A stretch of DNA of 59,786 bases from a virus (lineage: Duplodnaviria; Caudoviricetes), in the IMG/VR virus record IMGVR_UViG_3300027326_000002, positions 1 to 59,786 of that record, one strand, 5' to 3'. The position numbers and the translations under genes were made by a program. The notes under the pieces are model-generated. The model searched no databases. It had not been told where the DNA came from and saw only the letters and a list, made by a program, of their open reading frames with translations. Positions 38,686 through 47,373 of this stretch are shown here, one piece after another; within the stretch, counting starts at the first letter, position 1; the number at the start of each line of letters is the position of its first letter.

Positions 38686-39326
38686 CACTCCCCCGGGCTT
38701 TGCGAGACGTGCGGCGACAACGTGACTTGCGCTGCCGACTTCATGCCCAGGGCCTTGCCCCAAGCCTGCATGTGGTAGGTTTCCTTCGTCAGGTCCTGCT
38801 TCTTGCTGTTCTTGCCGTAGGCACGTGCGAGCACGTAGTCGATCATCGGCGCCTGGTAGGCGTCCGGCAACGGGAAGGTGTCGACGTCGGCAGCCAGTGC
38901 AGCCGGCGTGATGCCGTAGACAGCCCACACCGATGCGGTGTTGGCCGCCGGCGGGTAGACGAGAAAGCGTCGCGGCTGGCGCGGATCGAACGTGAAGTGC
39001 TCGATGTCGACGCTTGTCGTGCCGGCCGGATAGAAGCGGTTGGACTCGGTCAGCAACTCGTTGTCGACTGGCGTGATGGTCAGCCCGGACGCGTTGTTGC
39101 GAATGATGTTGACCAAGCCCGTGGAATCGGATGGCAGCTGCTGCTCGATGCCAGTCACCAGCGTGACGGCGGCCTGCGTCGTGTAGACGTCGGGTTTGAC
39201 CAGGCAGGTGGCGCGGATGGCCTCGTTGAGGTAGCCGCGCAGCTCGTCGGCCGACCAAGTGACGGCAGCGACGTCCAGCAGCAGCGTGCGCGCGAAACCG
39301 GTGATGTCGCCTGCCGTGATGGTCAT
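38685..39326 (-). CDS. adaptor / tail tubular protein
   Basis: WS.DEL.GYLNEA...PD, F.VYPP, DYVLARAY.K. Confidence 0.8.
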   Translation of the reverse strand: MTITAGDITGFARTLLLDVAAVTWSADELRGYLNEAIRATCLVKPDVYTTQAAVTLVTGIEQQLPSDSTGLVNIIRNNASGLTITPVDNELLTESNRFYPAGTTSVDIEHFTFDPRQPRRFLVYPPAANTASVWAVYGITPAALAADVDTFPLPDAYQAPMIDYVLARAYGKNSKKQDLTKETYHMQAWGKALGMKSAAQVTLSPHVSQSPGE

Positions 39327-39330
39327 GACC

Positions 39331-39738
39331 TTAGCCGCTCAGGTTGTCGCCGCTCGTGGCGCGCTCGTGCAGCGCCTGCACCTGCTTGCGCAGCGTGCGG
39401 ATGTCGGAGCTTTCGTTGAGCGGGGTGTTGAATTCTTTCATCGCGAAGGCGACGAGGTCGGGCTTGGAGGCACTGCCGATGTCGAAGATTTCCTGGTCTT
39501 CGTCCGACGTGTTGATCACGCGCGCGCGGCCCCCGGTCGTCAGCGACGACGAGATGTAGGCCATGCGTTCTTCCAGCGACGCGTTCGGGTTGCCCCGGTA
39601 CGGCCGATAGTTGAGGTTGTCGCGCACGTTCTTGACGTTGGCGATCAGGCGCCCGTCGTGGATGTTGATGCACAGCGGGACTTTCTTGTCCTGCTTGGGC
39701 TGCATGCTTCGCGACAGGGCTTCTTCGTTGACGGCCAT
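39331..39738 (-). CDS. hypothetical protein, ends GDNLSG*
   Basis: GAGGA RBS, 135 aa. Confidence 0.75.
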   Translation of the reverse strand: MAVNEEALSRSMQPKQDKKVPLCINIHDGRLIANVKNVRDNLNYRPYRGNPNASLEERMAYISSSLTTGGRARVINTSDEDQEIFDIGSASKPDLVAFAMKEFNTPLNESSDIRTLRKQVQALHERATSGDNLSG

Positions 39739-39771
39739 GAGGGTGTCCTCGGTTGGTTGCTGAAAATGGAC

Positions 39772-39795
39772 GACCGGCGCCGCGAGGCGCCGGTC
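39772..39795 (-). terminator. hairpin / probable terminator
   Basis: GACCGGCGCC-GCGA-GGCGCCGGTC, followed on the - strand by GTCCATTTT. Confidence 0.6.
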
Positions 39796-39807
39796 AGGGG
39801 GTGCGCT

Positions 39808-40026
39808 TTAGGAACCCGTGGGCGAGGTGCCCGGGGTCAGCGCACGGACCTTGGCCTTGCCGGCGTTGCCGCCAGCGCCGCCACCGGGCTGGTTGCCCAG
39901 CTTGCCGCTCGGATAGCGCGCCACGGCCTTCTTGCCGGCCTCGGAGCGCTCGCCCGAGATGATGTCGGGGTCGGTCTTGAACGTGTCCGAGGACACGTAG
40001 GGGTTCTTGGTGGACAGGGTGCCCAT
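39808..40026 (-). CDS. small Gly/Lys-rich protein downstream of the capsid gene
   Basis: GGAGA RBS, 72 aa. Confidence 0.7.
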   Translation of the reverse strand: MGTLSTKNPYVSSDTFKTDPDIISGERSEAGKKAVARYPSGKLGNQPGGGAGGNAGKAKVRALTPGTSPTGS

Positions 40027-40063
40027 GATGGATCTCCGGTGAAGCTGCGAAGGGACTCGGGAA

Positions 40064-40086
40064 GGGTAGCGCTTTTGGCGCTACCC
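40064..40086 (-). terminator. hairpin after the capsid gene
   Basis: GGGTAGCGC-N5-GCGCTACCC with a weak U tract. Confidence 0.5.
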
Positions 40087-40093
40087 GTCACCA

Positions 40094-41026
40094 TCAGCCG
40101 CGTTGGACGACGGCCGTGCCGACGTACTGGCCGTCGATCACGTTGAAGCCGTAGACCATCAGGCCGCGGATGATGTAGCCGAAGTCGTTCGGGTTGGTGA
40201 TCATCTCGTTCTCGACGATCTGCGCAGCGAACGTCAGGCCGGCCGAATGGCCGAACATGCAGTAGGCCGCCTGGCCAGGGCTCACCTGCGTGAGCAGGTT
40301 GCGCGACTGGTACAGCGTGAAGCGGTCCACTTCACCGACCTTGCCGTTGCGCAGGATCGAGACGCCGTCGCCCGACAGCGACGCGATGCGCAGGTCGGAC
40401 TTCTTGAGCGCGCCCATGAACCACGGCGGCGCCACGAACCAGCGGCCTTCGTCAGGCACGTTCTGCTCGTCGAGCACCGTGCCGCAGTCGACCAGGAAAT
40501 TCGTGACGTTGGTCGGCGTGATGACGACCGGCGTGGTGGAATCGCCCAGGTTGATCGAGCCCGAATCCGCGCCCGCGTGCGTGCCCTGGTTGGCCGTGGC
40601 GACCTCAGCCGGGATCGTCGTCAGGACGTCGGCGTCGGCCGCGATGCGCAGCTGGATCGAGCCGTCGTTGGCGAAGATGTCGGCCATGTCGACGTCGGCC
40701 TGGCGCGCGTCCACGGTCGTCAGCGCCACGGCGAACGACTTGGCGCGGTTGATCGTCAGGTTGGTGGAGTTCGACGTGGGGTACTGCTGGCCCAGGCCGG
40801 CACCCACGACGTAATCCGAGACGATCACGTCGGGGATCGTGCGGATGACGACCTGCGCGCCGTAACCCGCGATCTCGCCCTCGTAGTCGGTCGAAGCGAT
40901 CTCGCCGAACACGGTGGACTTGTAGAACTTCTCGACCAACTTGCCCGAGTACAGAACCGGGTCGTAGTTGATGGTGCCCGAGGGGCCGTAGTCGGGCAGG
41001 CCCGACGCGCGTGCAACGCCAGTCAT
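40094..41026 (-). CDS. major capsid protein (HK97 fold)
   Basis: P.LYSGKL.EKFY, TDYEGEI..YG..V.IRT.P, LDEQNVPDEGRW, RNGKVGEVDRFTLY.S, RGLMVYG. Confidence 0.92.
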   Translation of the reverse strand: MTGVARASGLPDYGPSGTINYDPVLYSGKLVEKFYKSTVFGEIASTDYEGEIAGYGAQVVIRTIPDVIVSDYVVGAGLGQQYPTSNSTNLTINRAKSFAVALTTVDARQADVDMADIFANDGSIQLRIAADADVLTTIPAEVATANQGTHAGADSGSINLGDSTTPVVITPTNVTNFLVDCGTVLDEQNVPDEGRWFVAPPWFMGALKKSDLRIASLSGDGVSILRNGKVGEVDRFTLYQSRNLLTQVSPGQAAYCMFGHSAGLTFAAQIVENEMITNPNDFGYIIRGLMVYGFNVIDGQYVGTAVVQRG

Positions 41027-41060
41027 GACGCTCTCCTGGTGAACTGAAGGTGGTGACGGC

Positions 41061-42020
41061 CTAGCGGCCGCCGCGGAGCTTCATCCGCGCTTCGAACTTC
41101 ACCCGTTCGTCGTCCTTGACCCTGCCGATGGCGGCCCGCTTGAAGTAGTCCTTGACCTCGGCGTCCGACGGCGCGCCTTCACCGCTGGTGGGCGGCGTGG
41201 GCGCAGCGGCCGGTGTCGGCGTGCTCGCGGCACCCCCGTGCGGCGTCATCGGTGGCGCCGGCGGGGTCTGGGACTTCTCGAAATCCTTGAACATCTTGGC
41301 CAGTGCCGGCGCGTTGCGGCGCGCGACATGGTTGTCCAGGATGTCCTGGCGGATCAGCTGCGTGGGCTCGTCGAGCTGCGTGAGCCAGCTGAGCCAGCGC
41401 GGGTCGACGTCGATCTCGCGATAGTTCGGGACCAGCTCCGTGAGCTTGTCTGTGAACTCGCGCAGAGCATTGGCGGCCGCGTCGGTCTGCTCTTGCTTGC
41501 GGGCGTCGGCGATCGGCTTGAGCCGGCTGTCGACTTCCGCACGCAGGGCTGCAACTGACTTGGCCGCCGCAGCCTGCGCCGCGCTCGCCATCACCTGGCA
41601 CTGCTCCTCGCCGTACTTCTCGATGTCAGCGGGCGTGAAAAACGCGGCCACGTCGATCGGTTCGGCGGGTTTGTTGGCTTGCAGGGCTCGATTGGCCTCT
41701 TGCAAATCGGCAATCTGCTGGTTCATCGCCTGCTTGGTCGCCGTGTGGTCACTGCGCTCTTTGCGCAGCATGCCTTCGGTGACGTTGAACCGGTGCTTCC
41801 AGTAGACCGGATCGCTTTCGCGGGGGTCTGCTGGCGGCGTCGGCGCGGGCGGTGCCTCTGCAGGGCTCGCGGCGGCCGGAGCCGACGCGGGCGGGGGATC
41901 TTGGACTTCGACTCCGGTTCGGGCGGCGTTCTTGGCGTCGATGCGGGCTTGGACGTCCGCAGCGATGCGCACCACGGCGCGAGGGAGACGGGTTTCGGTC
42001 TGGGCTTGGGAAGCCGGCAT
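41061..42020 (-). CDS. capsid scaffolding protein
   Basis: Coiled-coil, Pro-rich protein immediately upstream of the capsid gene. Confidence 0.8.
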   Translation of the reverse strand: MPASQAQTETRLPRAVVRIAADVQARIDAKNAARTGVEVQDPPPASAPAAASPAEAPPAPTPPADPRESDPVYWKHRFNVTEGMLRKERSDHTATKQAMNQQIADLQEANRALQANKPAEPIDVAAFFTPADIEKYGEEQCQVMASAAQAAAAKSVAALRAEVDSRLKPIADARKQEQTDAAANALREFTDKLTELVPNYREIDVDPRWLSWLTQLDEPTQLIRQDILDNHVARRNAPALAKMFKDFEKSQTPPAPPMTPHGGAASTPTPAAAPTPPTSGEGAPSDAEVKDYFKRAAIGRVKDDERVKFEARMKLRGGR

Positions 42021-42098
42021 TCGGTGATCTCCACGATCCAGGTTCACCGCGTCGTGCGGTACCGGGGTTCGCAAGGGATGCGCGGGCGCGGTTCCCGA

Positions 42099-42356
42099 TT
42101 AGGGCGCAGCATGCGGGGTCGCGAGGCGCGATGGCACGTTGCGTTTGAGCTTCTGTTCAGCTTCGGTGATGTCGGCCACGAGCTCGTCCAGCTCGATTGC
42201 GCGGCCTTGGGCTCGGAGGACGTCCTCGCCGCGGGCGGTGCGCAATGCCTTGTCACTTTCGGCCAACTTGGCTCGCAGGATCTTCAGCAGGGCGGCTCCA
42301 TCGGGACTCCGGTTGAACCGGGCCAGGAATTGGAGGTCGTCCCCACCGAGTTTCAT
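42099..42356 (-). CDS. small conserved head-module protein
   Basis: ...VLRAQGRAIELDEL; usual slot between portal and scaffold. Confidence 0.75.
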   Translation of the reverse strand: MKLGGDDLQFLARFNRSPDGAALLKILRAKLAESDKALRTARGEDVLRAQGRAIELDELVADITEAEQKLKRNVPSRLATPHAAP

Positions 42357-42364
42357 TGCTGCGC

Positions 42365-42393
42365 AGTATAGCCAGAAGATTCGATCAGGACAA
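42365..42393 (-). promoter_or_regulatory. sigma70-type late promoter, leaderless
   Basis: TTGTCC-17 nt-TATACT-GCGCAGCA-ATG. Confidence 0.75.
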
Positions 42394-45300
42394 CGAGGGC
42401 GGGCCGCCGATGCCTGGCGTGGCACCCTGGCCGCTCGCGAACCCAACGACCAGGATATAGACGCCCTTGGGCACGTTCACCGTCAGCGACGTTGAATTGC
42501 CGATCGTGCAGCTCGAGCTGTTGCCCGCGCCCCCTTGGGGAAGCACCACGGTGCCTTGCACCGTGGTGACGCCGTTTTGGATGATCGAGATGGTCGCCTG
42601 AGTGCCTGCGACGCTGTCGGTGCCCGGAACCACACAGGTTCGCGACTCCGGCCCGTTGGACGCCGCCAGCCACATGACGTCGCGCACACCGCTCGAGCCG
42701 AAATACTTGATCCCCAGTGGATAGGTCGGATTCGACGAGTTCGTCGACATGTTGTCGCTGCCCTGGATGTTGGCCAGCGGGAAGTTGCACGGCGTCGTGC
42801 CATTTTTGGTGGCGTAGCTCTCCGTCTGCGTGAGCATCGACAGAAGGCCCAGCATCTTGAAGTTCGTGAACGTGTCGGTGATGGTCTGCTGCGCGCCCCA
42901 GCCGCCCTGAGCGTTGTTCTCGACGAAAGGCGACGGCGTGATCTGAAAGAAGCAGGCTTCCTTGATCCCGCACTGGTACGCCTTGGCGAAGTAGTTCGGG
43001 ATCGCCGTGGTCTGCATGCGCGCATCGCTGCTGATCTCGATCTGCAGCGCAGACGCATTTTGAATGTCGACCCCGCACTCGTAGAACGTGGTGCGAACGC
43101 CGTAGTAGTGGCCCCAGAAAGACGCGGCTTCCATCTCGTTGCCGATCGTGCCAGACAGGTTCGTGGCGAACGCGGTGAACGCGGCATTGACGTCGGCCGG
43201 CGCTGACAGCAGCTGGTTGTAGGGCGCGACAGTGAAGTCGCCCAGCCAAGAAGCCGGCGGGTTGTAGATCGACCCGGGCAGCGTGCCGTAGTAGGCCGCC
43301 ATGATCAGCGCTCGCGGCTGCGACGTGCCGATCAGCGCGGCTTGCTGGTTGAGCGCGAAGCGATCTTGCGGGCGCACGGCGATCCACGCATCGCGCTGTT
43401 GCTTGATCAGTCGCACCAGCCATGCCGTGCCCAGCGCATTGACGTCGAAGTTGGGACGGCACTTGACCAAATCCGAGTCCAGGCCCACACCCGAACTGGC
43501 GACCTGGCCGATGAAGATTCCGTACTGATCAGCCGCGGCCATCGTCGAACTGGCTGGCGCGTTCACGCTCGTGAACGTGAAGCTGTTGGATGTCACCGAC
43601 GTGATGACCCCCGGCGACGCAAGAGAGCCGACGTTCCACGTGCTGTGTTGCTGATTCACCGCCACCAGCTTGACTCCCACGGCCACGCTGAAGGGGAAAC
43701 TCGAGAGCGCGACGTTCGTGTTGACGGTGATGTTGGGCGGCGTGGCACCGTCGGATGTCACCGACGCGATCTTGTTGGTGTCGTTCAGCGCGATCTGCAT
43801 CCCGAAGATGCCGGTGAGCGTCGTCGATGCAGGCGGGCCGCCGAGCGTGGCCACGAGCACTGAAAAACCGGTGGTGTTGCCGATGGCCGACGAAGCGCAG
43901 CTCAGACTGTCACCGATCACGTAGTGATAGCCCGCGTTGGCGACGGTGACGGAGGTCACATTGCCGCCCGCGCCGACGATCACCTTGGCCGTCGTCAGAC
44001 CGCCGGAACCACCCGTCATCACGACGTTGTTGTAGGTGCCTGGCGTGCCGCCCGAGCCACCCGTGATGGCACCGTAAGTCGCGACACCACGCGTGGGGTA
44101 CGTGAACCCGTTGGTCGTGACTGCCGACATCGGCACGCCCACGGAGTTCCAGGTGTTCAAGCCGCTGCCCAGGCTGAACCGCAGCGTGTAGTTCAACCCT
44201 GCCTTGACCAGCGGCAGACGCGTGGCCATGGTGTCGTTGGTCACGACCGTGACGTCGCCGTTCGCGTCCGAAGTCACGCTCGTGATTTTGGAAGCCGAGT
44301 TGGTGCCGCTCAGGCCGCTGTAGATCGTGCCGGGGCCGTAGTTGGCGATGACCTGCGCTTCCTGGATGCCCTTGTACTGGTAGGCCGCGCTGAAGGTGTA
44401 AGCCGTGTTCCACGGCTCGTCACCGCCAGGCTCGACGATCATCGGCGGCATGCCCTTGGTGTTGGCCAGCGTCGCCAGATTCGTCGCATAGTCCGCGTCC
44501 GTGTAGCCCGGAAGGGTGATCCAGGGTTTCGGCGTGCGACCCGTCGCATGCACGGCCAGGGCGAAGTCGAAGATCCCTTCCCACGAGTGCGGGGCTTGTC
44601 GATTCGTGAGGTTGGGCACGCGGCCGTAGACAGGGTCGCTCCACTTGGACTCGCCGACTTTGCCGATGCCCGACAGCCCGCCGTAGCCGTCCAGCGAGCT
44701 CGCATAGTTCATCAGCCGCAGCACGCTGCACTGCGCGTTGTAGGCGAGCCAGACGCTGTTGTAGATCGGGTTGAGGACGTTGTTGGGCGTCGAGCCATCC
44801 CAGGGGATGTACATGTCCCACATGGCCTGCGAGCCGTTCATCGTCACGTTGGTGTCGAGCGTGACGTTGAGCGTGTAGGTCCAGCGCTGGATGGTGCCGT
44901 CGTCAGAGACCTTGGTCAGCCCGACGATGCTGCCCCCACCCACCATCGTGATGACGCACGGAGCCGCCGTGAACGTCTTGAACTCGCAGTTGAGGTACTG
45001 CGTCAGCGACAGCGCACCCGTCTTCAGGTGCGGCTGGTCCGTGGTGTTCACGCCGCTGTTGGACGCGCTGAGCACCGCCTGCCACGCGGCGGCGGGCCAG
45101 CCGTTCGCATCCTTGGCCACCGGGTTGGCCGACTGGTCCGTCACGGCCCGCGAGTCGAAGAATGCGTTGAAGAACTGCGGCGTCTGCATCGACGACGACG
45201 GCGTGAGCACGTTGCCGCCCACCAGGCCCAGCGAGCCCCACGTGCCGGGCGGAACGACGGTCGAAGACAGCAGCGCGGCCAGGACGTAGTTGGGCAGCAT
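42385..45300 (-). CDS. 971-aa protein with a glycoside-hydrolase-like (clan GH-A-like) domain interrupted by beta-rich inserts
   Basis: VLRLMNY, PWITLP...DADY...LA, EPGGDEPWN (acid/base-like), FYECG (nucleophile-like). Confidence 0.6.
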   Translation of the reverse strand: MLPNYVLAALLSSTVVPPGTWGSLGLVGGNVLTPSSSMQTPQFFNAFFDSRAVTDQSANPVAKDANGWPAAAWQAVLSASNSGVNTTDQPHLKTGALSLTQYLNCEFKTFTAAPCVITMVGGGSIVGLTKVSDDGTIQRWTYTLNVTLDTNVTMNGSQAMWDMYIPWDGSTPNNVLNPIYNSVWLAYNAQCSVLRLMNYASSLDGYGGLSGIGKVGESKWSDPVYGRVPNLTNRQAPHSWEGIFDFALAVHATGRTPKPWITLPGYTDADYATNLATLANTKGMPPMIVEPGGDEPWNTAYTFSAAYQYKGIQEAQVIANYGPGTIYSGLSGTNSASKITSVTSDANGDVTVVTNDTMATRLPLVKAGLNYTLRFSLGSGLNTWNSVGVPMSAVTTNGFTYPTRGVATYGAITGGSGGTPGTYNNVVMTGGSGGLTTAKVIVGAGGNVTSVTVANAGYHYVIGDSLSCASSAIGNTTGFSVLVATLGGPPASTTLTGIFGMQIALNDTNKIASVTSDGATPPNITVNTNVALSSFPFSVAVGVKLVAVNQQHSTWNVGSLASPGVITSVTSNSFTFTSVNAPASSTMAAADQYGIFIGQVASSGVGLDSDLVKCRPNFDVNALGTAWLVRLIKQQRDAWIAVRPQDRFALNQQAALIGTSQPRALIMAAYYGTLPGSIYNPPASWLGDFTVAPYNQLLSAPADVNAAFTAFATNLSGTIGNEMEAASFWGHYYGVRTTFYECGVDIQNASALQIEISSDARMQTTAIPNYFAKAYQCGIKEACFFQITPSPFVENNAQGGWGAQQTITDTFTNFKMLGLLSMLTQTESYATKNGTTPCNFPLANIQGSDNMSTNSSNPTYPLGIKYFGSSGVRDVMWLAASNGPESRTCVVPGTDSVAGTQATISIIQNGVTTVQGTVVLPQGGAGNSSSCTIGNSTSLTVNVPKGVYILVVGFASGQGATPGIGGPPSLS

Positions 45301-45302
45301 GA

Positions 45303-45872
45303 TCAGGAAGCCTTCGTTCCGACGAGATCGTAGGTATCGGTACCCGTGGGCATGAGCGCGGCGCGGAAGTAGCCCACGGCGCCCACGACATCGCGGTGAT
45401 CTGTCACGGTAGCCTGGCCACCCGAACCGGTACCCGAGACCGTGACGGCGCCGGCACCGATGAACGCGCAGCCGAACCGGTTGGTGGATGAGCCCAGGCC
45501 TGTGGGCACCGTGAACGTCACGGTCGACGGCGTCGGAATGATGGCGCTGTTGTCGGCGCCGTTTAGCGAACGCGTGCTGGCCGCGGTGTTCGTCGTGGCC
45601 GGCGCCTTGCCGTTCAGCGCCGCCGCCATATTCGCGTTGTCGGTCGGCTGACCCGTGAGAGCCGAGAACGCTGCAGCACCGCCAATCGAAGCCTGTATGT
45701 CGAGCGGTTTGCCGGTCAGCGGATCGGCCAGCACGATCTGCTCGCGCACGCAGCCATTGATGACCTGCGGCGAATTCTGCGGCGTGGCGTTGGGGCCCAG
45801 CAGCGAAACGATCTTGACAAACGCGCCACCGATGTCGGCAACGCCCGGATTGACGTCAGGAATATTCGGCAT
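45303..45872 (-). CDS. putative fibre/decoration protein; N-terminus homologous to the 1397-aa protein
   Basis: VKIVSLL...ATPQNSPQVING..REQIVLADPLTGKPLDIQ. Confidence 0.75.
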   Translation of the reverse strand: MPNIPDVNPGVADIGGAFVKIVSLLGPNATPQNSPQVINGCVREQIVLADPLTGKPLDIQASIGGAAAFSALTGQPTDNANMAAALNGKAPATTNTAASTRSLNGADNSAIIPTPSTVTFTVPTGLGSSTNRFGCAFIGAGAVTVSGTGSGGQATVTDHRDVVGAVGYFRAALMPTGTDTYDLVGTKAS

Positions 45873-45874
45873 GA

Positions 45875-46708
45875 TCAGGCCACCCAGGTAAATTGTGCGA
45901 AACCTGCCAGGCCCGCGGCGCCGGCTTGATTGCCCGCGCCGCCGCCGCCGCCGCAGCCCCAGTTGCCGGCTGCGGGCGAGCTGCCGGCGGCGTTGGCGCC
46001 GCCAGAGCCACCTTGGCCCGTGCCGAACACGTTGCAGCCGCCCGCGCCGCCGCCGCCGTTGGAGGCGTTGAGTGCGCCGCCGGTAGCGTTGCCCACCGTG
46101 TTGCCGCCCGCCCAGAGCGAGCCGCCCCCGGCGAAGTTGACCGCGCCGCCGGCGCCGCCGCCCGACATCAGGCCGCCTTGTCCGCGGCCCGAGTGCGCGG
46201 CCATGCCGGTGGGCAGCTGGCCCGTGCCGCCCGTGCCCGCGCCGCCCGCGCCCGCGCCGCCGGTGCTGCCGCCCGTGGCGCCGCCGTTGCCGCCGTTGGT
46301 GCTCGCGCCCGGCGCTGCATGCAGGCCGCCAGCGGCCGAACGCGTGCCGATCGTCGTGCTCGCGAGCGTCGTGGCGCCGCCATCGACGCCGACGGCACCG
46401 ATCGCACCGCCGGTGCCGGCGGCGCCCAGCGTCACCGTGACCGTTTCGCCTGGCGTGACGCGGACGCACTCGCGCCAGCGAGCGACCGCGGCGCCACCGC
46501 CGCCGCCGCCGCCGCCGGCGGAAGCAAAGCCGCCTGCGCCGCCACCGCCGCCACCTGTGTAGTCGGCGAAGAGCTCGTAGACGCCTGCAGGGACGACGAA
46601 GCTGTACGGGCCGCCGCCCGTGGCGATGACTGCACCGTCCTGGGTGTAGTTCGTCGTCGTGAAAATCGCCGTGTGCTGGCGCTGCGGAGGTGCGTTGGAG
46701 ATTGGCAT
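45875..46708 (-). CDS. glycine-rich domain structural protein
   Basis: FVVPAGV...GGGGGG...VTPGETVTVTLGAAG. Confidence 0.8.
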   Translation of the reverse strand: MPISNAPPQRQHTAIFTTTNYTQDGAVIATGGGPYSFVVPAGVYELFADYTGGGGGGAGGFASAGGGGGGGGAAVARWRECVRVTPGETVTVTLGAAGTGGAIGAVGVDGGATTLASTTIGTRSAAGGLHAAPGASTNGGNGGATGGSTGGAGAGGAGTGGTGQLPTGMAAHSGRGQGGLMSGGGAGGAVNFAGGGSLWAGGNTVGNATGGALNASNGGGGAGGCNVFGTGQGGSGGANAAGSSPAAGNWGCGGGGGAGNQAGAAGLAGFAQFTWVA

Positions 46709-46718
46709 ATCGACCCCT

Positions 46719-47354
46719 TTAAGTCCATTCGCGCGCGGCGAAAGCCTGGCCCGTCGTGGCGCCGATCAGCGACACCGCGCCGGTGCCCGCGCCGCCGATC
46801 GGCGTTTCGTAGAGTTGACCCGGCGCGACCCGCACGCTGGGCTGGCCTTGGATGGCTGTTGCCAGCGTCGAGAAATAGAGATCGCCGGTGGACTGGTTCT
46901 GGATCTCGAATCCCTTGCGCGCTGCGTTGCTCGCGATGATCGTCTGCGCAGTGCCGCCCGTCGTGATCGTGCCGCTCTTGTCGGTGCGCGTGGCGATGGC
47001 CCCGGCGATCAGGAACGTCGCGTCGGACGCCGGTGCAATACTCAGCGACCCGGCCGACGTCGTGATACCCAACGCCGCGGGCAGCTTGGCCAGCAGCGCG
47101 GCCAGGTCCGTCGTCAGTCGCCGCAGCTTGGCCGAGAGGGTACCGGCCGCGCCGGCCGCGACGACCGCATCGGCGATGGCGCCTTGCGTGACGTCGGCGC
47201 CATCAGCGACCGTGACGGCGCCGCCACCTCCACCACCGCCGGTGCCGGTGGCGGTGAGTCCCATGGTCGTGCCGTCCCAAACATAGGGACCGGTGCCATC
47301 GTTCTTGGTGTAGAAGCCGCTGGGCAGGGGAGTGAAACCGACGGGGATTGTCAT
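46719..47354 (-). CDS. putative structural protein
   Basis: Gly linker; C-terminal beta domain NAARKGFEIQNQS.GDLY. Confidence 0.7.
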   Translation of the reverse strand: MTIPVGFTPLPSGFYTKNDGTGPYVWDGTTMGLTATGTGGGGGGGAVTVADGADVTQGAIADAVVAAGAAGTLSAKLRRLTTDLAALLAKLPAALGITTSAGSLSIAPASDATFLIAGAIATRTDKSGTITTGGTAQTIIASNAARKGFEIQNQSTGDLYFSTLATAIQGQPSVRVAPGQLYETPIGGAGTGAVSLIGATTGQAFAAREWT

Positions 47355-47373
47355 GACGTGGCTCCTGCGAGAT